A stretch of DNA of 52,060 nt, from the IMG/VR virus record IMGVR_UViG_3300004199_000001, positions 1-52,060 of that record; one strand, 5' to 3'. The notes beneath the pieces were generated by a model. That model was not told the DNA's origin and did not search any database. It saw only the letters and a list, made by a program, of their open reading frames with translations. Made by a program: the position numbers and the translations under genes. Shown in pieces: positions 45,150-52,060 of this stretch. Position 1 is the first letter of the stretch, and every line of letters starts with the position of its first letter. Source of the stretch: a virus. Taxonomy: Duplodnaviria > Caudoviricetes.

Positions 45150-46297
45150 TTAAAGCTTGGGTTCCATCGCTGTCTTTTGACGATTAAGTTGCTCAATGTA
45201 AGCAGTTGCTTGAGGAGTTTGAATGTCTATATTCCCATGGACGGTGTTTATATCCATACCAAAGAATGCAACAGACAGATTCGGAAAATTCCATATAGCA
45301 GTGATGTTTTCAAAACTTGCCCCAATGCGGTTTTGTTCCTTTGACGCGCTTATTTCGCTCGGCTTTCCATATTTCGATACCAGCTTACTGAGGACAACCT
45401 CCTGAGCATCGAATCCAAACGTCGAGATTACCAATTTTTCAAGATTACCCTTCAACACTGTAGCTAGAATGGACTCTTTATTTATCCCTAGAGGCACTTC
45501 GCTAACAACTAGCCAGACCGTTTCAGCCTCGGCACTGAGCGGACCAGGTTGCGATGAATATGAATAGTGCTCCCAACATGGGGTCTTATTTTCTTTGATT
45601 AGATCATATCGGGATTTATAATCAGTAGAATTCGGGGAATCGAACGGACATTCAGTCAGGGTGAATGGCGCGCCAAGCGATAAACCAAGGCTCTCCATTG
45701 GTACGTTGCGATTCTTAGCTGAAGAATCAGTTTCAGCATATTTCTGCCTATTTTCATGCCAAGATGCATCTAATCCATTTTTTTTTCCATCTTTATAGTT
45801 TGTTTCAAACTTTTTCTTTCCACTCGAATAATACCCGTCATATTTACCTGTGAACGGCTCAGGTTCATTAGGTAAATGAACAATTTTATTTGTCTCTGCA
45901 ATGACTGTAGCAGTTCTTTCATTCATGTTGTTTATTACTTCATATACTTCTTGTTCGTTTTTAAGCCACTCTGTAGTTGATCCACTTACCTCTTTCCCGT
46001 CTTTGAATTTCATTACAAACTTTTTCTGCCCGTTTTCAAACCACCCTATCATTAATCCATTTTTTTTCCCGTCTTTGTAACTTGATTCAGATTCTTTCTT
46101 TCCACTTGAATAATATTTCATATATTTACCTGTGAAAGGTTCAATTACATTAGGTAAATATGCAAAACCACTTGTCTCATCTAATACTGTTGTGGTTATT
46201 TCAGTAAATTCTGTGTTTTTTTGAACACTCCTATCAGCACTACACGTTAATGAGATAAGAAAAATAAAAACGCATATATATTTTTTTTTATAACCAT
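45150..46297 (-). pseudogene. Exported MORN-repeat (YwqK-like) protein, frameshifted in an A9 run near its start
   Basis: Repeats YYSSGKK..YKDGKKNGL. The frame is open upstream of 46121 through a hydrophobic signal, but ATG 46297 is out of frame by 1 nt. Confidence 0.65.
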
Positions 46298-46662
46298 TTT
46301 CTTAAGTCCTGTTTTTAGTTAATTAGCCGTGCATTCAAATGAAAATACTAGAAGCCGCTTATTGTATGCAAGTAGTTATAAAAGAATCTCTAATTAAATC
46401 CTTCGATAGGATCAGGACGAATGGTGACTTGTTGATAAAAACAAACCGCCAGACTTTTGTTCTGGAGATTTCCAGAACATGGTAGATAGCTTACAGACCC
46501 CGGCCGTACTTATCTAGCCGTCAATGTAAGCGGCGTATATAGACTCATCTAAGAAAATTTTTGGAATTTTGGATCTTAGGGGGACGCCTTCGATGTCAGG
46601 TATCGGAAAGGTGGGGAGGCGACACCCCCGCAATACTGCCGAAGGCATCGCCGACGCTTTAA

Positions 46663-46989
46663 TTAAGCTTTTATAGCCCTGCGGAATGCATCAAAGTGCT
46701 TGTGCCAAAGTAAGTGATGCTCGCCATAACTGCGTATATCATCAAAATCATTAAGATGTTTGTTAATTGAACGAGTCATTCCCCGCAGGCGAGGCGTCGC
46801 GAATGACTTAGCATCCTCAAGATTCCTTCGCATGTAATAAATGTCTTTTTTGTTCAGAAATAGCCAAACACTTTCCAAGGCGTGAAGTACGGTTACCTCA
46901 TTGTTTGATAGTCGATGCTTCTTTGCCCAAGCGTCGATTTCTTCATAGGTTGCGTATTGAAGTACGAAAGTTTTTTCTGTATTTATCAT
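46663..46989 (-). CDS. Hypothetical protein
   Basis: 108-aa ORF co-oriented with the element. Confidence 0.55.
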   Translation of the reverse strand: MINTEKTFVLQYATYEEIDAWAKKHRLSNNEVTVLHALESVWLFLNKKDIYYMRRNLEDAKSFATPRLRGMTRSINKHLNDFDDIRSYGEHHLLWHKHFDAFRRAIKA

Positions 46990-47020
46990 TTTTTACCATC
47001 CGTGGAACGTAAATAAAAAT

Positions 47021-47323
47021 CTATAGTGGTTTCAATTTTGCGAGCGCTGTTGCCGCTTTCATAATGATATTGATTGCTTTGAGCCTCCTGTCGATGTCAG
47101 TGTTGATGATGGTGTTTTCGAGTTGCTTGAACGAAAGTTCAAGCAAGATAGGTAGACGGCTTGCTAATTGTTCGGTAAGAATGTTTGAAACCGTGTTGGG
47201 TTTTGCGTTACGCATCGCCTCCTTAATGTCATCGTGAGAAATACCCAGCTCAAATGAAACCATATCGACACAATGACCTGATTTAACCAAGTCGATAATA
47301 ATATTCTGGGTTATTTTATCCAT
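47021..47323 (-). CDS. Hypothetical HTH-like protein
   Basis: N-terminal HTH-like pattern, GGGG RBS. Confidence 0.55.
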   Translation of the reverse strand: MDKITQNIIIDLVKSGHCVDMVSFELGISHDDIKEAMRNAKPNTVSNILTEQLASRLPILLELSFKQLENTIINTDIDRRLKAINIIMKAATALAKLKPL

Positions 47324-47357
47324 TTTAGAGCCCCCTTGCTTCGAATTTTTTACTACA

Positions 47358-47602
47358 AACTCACACTATAAATATAAATTAAAAACAACAAGTTAAATGT
47401 AAAATGTGAGTTTGTGTGTTTAGTGAGTGGCTCAGCCACCCTTACATTATATGCACTATATATTATTCAAATTTATTTCTAATTAAATTAAACATAACTC
47501 ACATACTCACATTGAAACGCTACAGCCCTTATTATTCGTGCTCTAAAGGCATGTGAGTTTGTCACATAACAAACTCATATCAACTCACATTCAACTCACA
47601 TC
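47358..47602. repeat. Iteron-like origin of element B (ACTCACA/TGTGAGT repeats around an AT-rich core)
   Basis: Multiple direct and inverted copies immediately downstream of the helicase gene. Confidence 0.7.
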
Positions 47603-49462
47603 TTCAAATTTCCAAACAACAGCCCTATGCAAAGTTCCATCGCTGACTATTCGGCAACCATCGATAATCCTGCCGGCATACTTGGCTAATAATCGACCAA
47701 CCTTACGGACGCTCACGCCACCTTTATCATCAAATTCGTTTCTGAACCACTCAGCAACTCCTGCATGGTGCAGAACTTCAGCGGTTGTAAGCCTTTGGTA
47801 ATTTATCTCATGACGCCAGACTGCAAGAAGTTCACCCAATCCCGCAATCCCTTCATCCGCATCAGCCCGAGCTTGTCCTAACGCCGGATCAACCATTCCC
47901 AGCCATACCAACGGGGCGCAAACCTCATCACTCCACTGTTCAAACGTCCCAAGCCTTATGTTATCAACCTTCGGGCATTTCGCTGCGTGGTAAGCACTCA
48001 GGATAGTTAGAACGCTTTTGATAATAGGTTCGCGCTGCTCCCGGCAAAGTTGAACAAAGTTTATTTCAAACTTCCGCAACTCTGGTCTTTCGCATTGGGG
48101 ATCTAGTCGAAGCATCATCACCCGCCTGGTTGCATCCGCAGCGGGTTTAATATTTTGTCCTGTCGCCCCCACTAATGACCTCGTTGGTACTACCCGGTTT
48201 CGTGAGTGACCTAATTCACGGTCAACATAAACCGGCGCAGTCAATATCGCACAAAAGGCATCTCCGCCCAGTGCGACCCCCGGTTTTACATTATCAATAA
48301 GGATACTTGATGCCCCTTGTATCAAAGCCGCGAACAACATTTTAGCGAATTCCTGCTCATTATCCCGAAATCCATGTACTGCTGGCGCAGTCCCAGTCAT
48401 TAAAGATGCAATACCCGTTAACAATTGAGTTTTGCCGCTGGCAGGGGTGTTCGCGCTTACAAAAAAACCTGGCGCAGTTTCTAGCCTGGCGCGTTGAATT
48501 GCGGTAAGCATCATAACCACCGCCACCGCTTCATCTGTAGGGCTTTCAAATGGAAATGTTGATAATAAGCCGCGTAAATGAGTCAGGGCTTCCTCGCCCA
48601 TTTCCGGCGTCGCATTTTTTATTCCACGAAACTCGAAGTCTTTAGTTAGGTATAGACCAGATTTGGGGTTATACCCTTGCGTCTGCACCACACCGTCATC
48701 ATAAAAATATGGGGCATGAACAATGCCTTCCAGTTTCGGTACATTCCAGCTACCTTTTTCAAGAAATGCCCGCCAGAACTTATCTGATAAATCAATCCGA
48801 ACTCTCACCCATTCATCTTTAATAAGTTTCATGCTGTAAAGCCTAACCAGACGACCTATGATTACCGGCGCAGTTGCTGCAGTGAGGCTTCTCACAGCTC
48901 CATCTCGCCCAATATAAGACAACACGCCGCCCCAATTAAAAATGTCCGGTAGGCAGCCTGTACTTAGCGCGGTTTCGATCTGATCCATCACATTAATTGG
49001 GTTATCCTGATCGTGCCTGATTTCAATTTTATCTAAAGTGAAATTACCGCCCTCATGCCGCTTGGTATGTACTAAAATGGTGTGTTCGTTTTTAAAACAC
49101 ATAGCCCGATAGTGTGCGTCTGGGTTCAACGATTCATCAGGATCAAGACACTCCCACTCATGGTAACGTGCAGAATCTCGTAACACATCAGCCACAGTAA
49201 TGACCGGCAACCCTGAAAATTGTAAAGGATGACTACCGGTAAGAATTCCGTTGCTGGATCTCTCGACCTGTTCACGCGCCGCACTTTTACTAACGCCAGT
49301 GCTGACCAGACGCACCAATTCGGCCTTATTTTGAACACCCTTGATAACATCAGCTTCGGGTTGTCTTGCTGTCTTTGCCGCAACCATTAAAGCTTCGACT
49401 TTTGCTTCATCAGCGGCAGTCAATCCTCGAACATCCTCAACCCTTAACATGCTGCACCCCAA
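47591..49462 (-). CDS. Replication ATPase/helicase (P4 alpha/SF3-like)
   Basis: Walker A ANTPASGKT, Walker B ILIDNV, ATGQN, RR motif. Confidence 0.8.
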   Translation of the reverse strand: MGCSMLRVEDVRGLTAADEAKVEALMVAAKTARQPEADVIKGVQNKAELVRLVSTGVSKSAAREQVERSSNGILTGSHPLQFSGLPVITVADVLRDSARYHEWECLDPDESLNPDAHYRAMCFKNEHTILVHTKRHEGGNFTLDKIEIRHDQDNPINVMDQIETALSTGCLPDIFNWGGVLSYIGRDGAVRSLTAATAPVIIGRLVRLYSMKLIKDEWVRVRIDLSDKFWRAFLEKGSWNVPKLEGIVHAPYFYDDGVVQTQGYNPKSGLYLTKDFEFRGIKNATPEMGEEALTHLRGLLSTFPFESPTDEAVAVVMMLTAIQRARLETAPGFFVSANTPASGKTQLLTGIASLMTGTAPAVHGFRDNEQEFAKMLFAALIQGASSILIDNVKPGVALGGDAFCAILTAPVYVDRELGHSRNRVVPTRSLVGATGQNIKPAADATRRVMMLRLDPQCERPELRKFEINFVQLCREQREPIIKSVLTILSAYHAAKCPKVDNIRLGTFEQWSDEVCAPLVWLGMVDPALGQARADADEGIAGLGELLAVWRHEINYQRLTTAEVLHHAGVAEWFRNEFDDKGGVSVRKVGRLLAKYAGRIIDGCRIVSDGTLHRAVVWKFEDVS

Positions 49463-50196
49463 TACCGAACCATACGGGGTAACTGTTTTATGCCAGCCCC
49501 TAAAACTGGCGCGGCCTCGAATATCAACCGCTCAGAACTATAAACAGCTTCATCAAACAGAGTTCTAGGTAATAATTTTCCATCCTTTGAGATGTCATAG
49601 CGACCTAACCCCATAAGCCAGCACCTTTTCAAAATGATCTTGCCCAAATCCAGAATTTTATTTCCATCATCAACGATGATATAGAAGTGAATGCCGCCGG
49701 TTGAAACCTCCGGGGGGGCTTCTCCCTCGCGATACAGGCCTGACGATGTCGAACCTAATGCAAGCACTTCGCATCCAATCAACTCAGGTACAAGCTGGAG
49801 CAGAAGGACGTAAACTTCATCAACTGATAAAGAGGGCTTCCCTTTTTCTGGATCATAGTCCAGCAGCATTATGGTAGGTTGAGTTTTGAATGTGAAGTAA
49901 TCTTTAGTTCTGGCTACTGCATCAGGATCTGGAGCATCTTTAAGAGCCTTTTTAACCTTGATACGTATGGCTATTTCTTTTTCGTTAGCCGTAACGCTCA
50001 ACCCAATAGCTTGATTTTGCTGCAATCCTTTGAGCTGCTCACTGAATTCCAGTAGGTTAATTGCGGATACAATTTTGACTGACCCGCTCGCCATACGGCA
50101 TTGTGATCCATCCTTAACTATCTCGCCATCTTCTAACCGTATTTCCTTGGTTAAGATGCCGTAATCCTTTGTAAATACTGAATATTCCATATACAA
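49444..50196 (-). CDS. Putative primase-polymerase (AEP-like) domain protein
   Basis: LLDYD, STSSG, GIHFYI, FDEAV motifs; upstream of the helicase. Confidence 0.65.
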   Translation of the reverse strand: MYMEYSVFTKDYGILTKEIRLEDGEIVKDGSQCRMASGSVKIVSAINLLEFSEQLKGLQQNQAIGLSVTANEKEIAIRIKVKKALKDAPDPDAVARTKDYFTFKTQPTIMLLDYDPEKGKPSLSVDEVYVLLLQLVPELIGCEVLALGSTSSGLYREGEAPPEVSTGGIHFYIIVDDGNKILDLGKIILKRCWLMGLGRYDISKDGKLLPRTLFDEAVYSSERLIFEAAPVLGAGIKQLPRMVRYWGAAC

Positions 50197-50266
50197 TTTT
50201 CCTTGAAAGCTTCCTAGCCTTCTATGAGATCACTTCAAGCCATGTGGACACATGGCGTTCCTTTTG

Positions 50267-50473
50267 TTAAGCGGTTTGGGTTCTAGTCCTATCCTGCAAA
50301 AACGCATCTAGGATGGATTGACGATATTTAACTAGGCGACCAACTTTAATAAAAGGTAGGCCGTAACGTCCCGTTGATCGCCAAACATTTAAAGTTCCAG
50401 GTTCAATACCTAAATACTTAGCGGCGGATGTTGTATCGTGAAGAATTTCTGTTGATATTGCTTGCTTTGACAT
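50267..50473 (-). CDS. HTH excisionase-like protein
   Basis: TTSAAKYLGIEPGTLNVWRS...PFIKVGRLVKYR. Confidence 0.85.
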   Translation of the reverse strand: MSKQAISTEILHDTTSAAKYLGIEPGTLNVWRSTGRYGLPFIKVGRLVKYRQSILDAFLQDRTRTQTA

Positions 50474-50532
50474 TTTTACATTCCTTGTAAAAAATTAAGA
50501 GCTTGCATTGTAACCAGCATTACCAAGTTAAA

Positions 50533-51783
50533 TCAACTGTTATTTTTCTTCACTAACTCAATCACTTCTGCCGATTCCTTAATGCCGACTTCCTTCAAAA
50601 TAAAGTCAGCGACCTGTTGCATAGGTTTTCTTAGCCTTTCCACATCCATAATGATATATCCGGCAGTCACATCTCCGCTCATCTTGTGATTCAATAGCCG
50701 TTTAATTGCATAAGCTGGGACATCCAATCGCTCAACCAGTGTCGCAAATGTCCGGCGTAGGTCATGAGGGTTAAAGAATACGCCTGTGCTCTCCCTCAGT
50801 TTATAGATAAGCTTTTTCGGGTCTTCAATCCGTCCCGATTTCGTTTTCAGATTGCCGAATACAAATTGATTAACCGCTAGAGGTTCCCGCTGTTTTAACA
50901 AATCAAACAGAAAATCAGATAACGGCAATGTTAACGGGATCTTGTTCTTGGTGTCTCGTACCAGCAAGGTCTTCTCTATAAAATCAATATCGCTCCACTC
51001 TAGTCGTGCGGCCTCTTCCCTTCGTAGTCCGGTAAATAGAAGCAATAGTAAATAATCCTTAACAGTTAATGCTTGTGCCCCGTCTTGTGCAGTCAACGCC
51101 TGTACTGCATGGAACCATGGTGCTAACTCAGAAACTTTGATAACAGACGTTCTCCTGTCCACTGTATACCAGCTTTTAGCATGGCTGATTTTACGCACTG
51201 GGTTATCTGTGAAGATAGCATCCCCTTTGCCATCCTCATACTGCCCGATAGCAAAGTTAGACAAAGCTCTCAACACTCGCATAGCATTGTTAGCGCGCGC
51301 TTCCGACCGCTCTCCTAATTCAGTATGCCGCTTCTGTACTTTATCCCTTGTGAGATTCCTAAACGGCAAATCCAGCCAATCCGCAAAGGCCTCTATCTCT
51401 AGCAAGCGTGTGTAGTCCTTTATCGTGCCAGGTTTTAATGATTTTCGTGCTGCAAGATAATCCGCAAAAATTGCTCTTAGTGTAATGTTGACTTTGGCAT
51501 CATCCTTTTTTTTAGTATTCGGATTTACACCATTGACCATCTCACTAAGCCGATTAAGTGCAGCTTTTCGAGCGGCCTCTACTGACATTTCCGGGAATTT
51601 ACCAAGAGTGACTCTGACAGGTGTATTGTTCACTTTCTTATAAGCTTGAAAGCTCTTGGTGCCTGCTGATGTAACTTGCAGTAAAAGGCCTTGTTGTTTT
51701 GTATCGTGGTAATAGGCCCGACCTGTTGCCGGTGCAGGCAAGTCTCTTAATACGGTTTTCTTAAATTCTATCTTTTGGTTCAT
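50533..51783 (-). CDS. int: Tyrosine integrase of element B (P4-like, arm-binding N-domain)
   Basis: GLLLQV...TLGKFPEMSV, TGLRREE, HDLRRTF, LLNH, VTAGY. Confidence 0.95.
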   Translation of the reverse strand: MNQKIEFKKTVLRDLPAPATGRAYYHDTKQQGLLLQVTSAGTKSFQAYKKVNNTPVRVTLGKFPEMSVEAARKAALNRLSEMVNGVNPNTKKKDDAKVNITLRAIFADYLAARKSLKPGTIKDYTRLLEIEAFADWLDLPFRNLTRDKVQKRHTELGERSEARANNAMRVLRALSNFAIGQYEDGKGDAIFTDNPVRKISHAKSWYTVDRRTSVIKVSELAPWFHAVQALTAQDGAQALTVKDYLLLLLFTGLRREEAARLEWSDIDFIEKTLLVRDTKNKIPLTLPLSDFLFDLLKQREPLAVNQFVFGNLKTKSGRIEDPKKLIYKLRESTGVFFNPHDLRRTFATLVERLDVPAYAIKRLLNHKMSGDVTAGYIIMDVERLRKPMQQVADFILKEVGIKESAEVIELVKKNNS

Positions 51784-51948
51784 GTTATAGCCTCTCAGAA
51801 GGATAAAACGGTGCTACCACGGTGCTACCGAGTAGGTATAAGACAAGGTATTTTCATAACACTTGATATAACTATAACAGGCTGGTTAATATAATAAAAT
51901 AGGGATTTATGTATTTTGGTAAAACTTGGTAAATAGGGTATTAATAGA

Positions 51949-51994
51949 ACTCTTAATCCATGGGTCCAGGGTTCGAATCCCTGACGTCCCACCA
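51949..51994 (+). repeat. att core: duplicated 3' half of tRNA-Lys(CTT), right boundary of element B
   Basis: Identical to 44936..44981. Confidence 0.92.
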
Positions 51995-52002
51995 CTAATA
52001 TC

Positions 52003-52038
52003 AAGGCCTTACAGATTTATATTTGTAAGGCCTTTTTT
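52003..52038 (+). terminator. Rho-independent terminator
   Basis: AAGGCCTTACA...TGTAAGGCCTTTTTT. Confidence 0.8.
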
Positions 52039-52060
52039 GTTTTCTCTGAAATGTAATCCG

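Larger units (their letters stand above)
44982..51994 (-). mobile_element. Integrative satellite-like element B (~7.0 kb)
   Basis: att repeats on both sides; arm repeats CGG(T/C)GCTAC at 45027..45047 and 51809..51829; integrase-HTH-primase-helicase-iterons. Confidence 0.85.

Noticed and set aside
43588-51783. Either tyrosine integrase as the integron integrase for the attC array
   Set aside because: Both are phage/satellite-type, sit next to tRNA att cores with arm sites, and show no recognisable IntI-specific insertion.
44900-51994. Intact tRNA genes at 44935 and 51949
   Set aside because: Only the anticodon loop to CCA is present; upstream sequence is AT-rich with no acceptor or D arm.

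Overview
Three nested or tandem mobile elements sit at the 3' end of a tRNA-Lys(CTT) gene. (1) A complete, apparently intact 36.2-kb Mu-like transposable myovirus prophage (96..36253) has TG...CA ends and a CACT flanking duplication. (2) It is inserted into the att arm of an ~8.8-kb integrative satellite-like element A (19..44981), which encodes a tyrosine integrase, an excisionase-like protein, CHC2 and Toprim-DUF3987 replication genes and iterons. (3) A second ~7-kb element B (44982..51994) has its own integrase, HTH, primase/helicase and iterons. The most unusual signals are in the prophage. The CI/S24 repressor carries an internal 25-aa copy of the transposase's own C-terminal tail (19/25 identical). 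A 147-aa gene with its own RBS is overprinted inside the transposase linker. The early operon ends in a two-cassette integron-type attC array, with attC sites inverted relative to the ORFs and no integron integrase in the window. The phage also has a second, internal right end, a covarying double-hairpin repeat with CANGGANG loops (two copies read in frame inside proteins), and a MuF head protein with a metallopeptidase extension plus a probable immunity gene. All product calls come from motif recognition and synteny by eye; no database searches were run.
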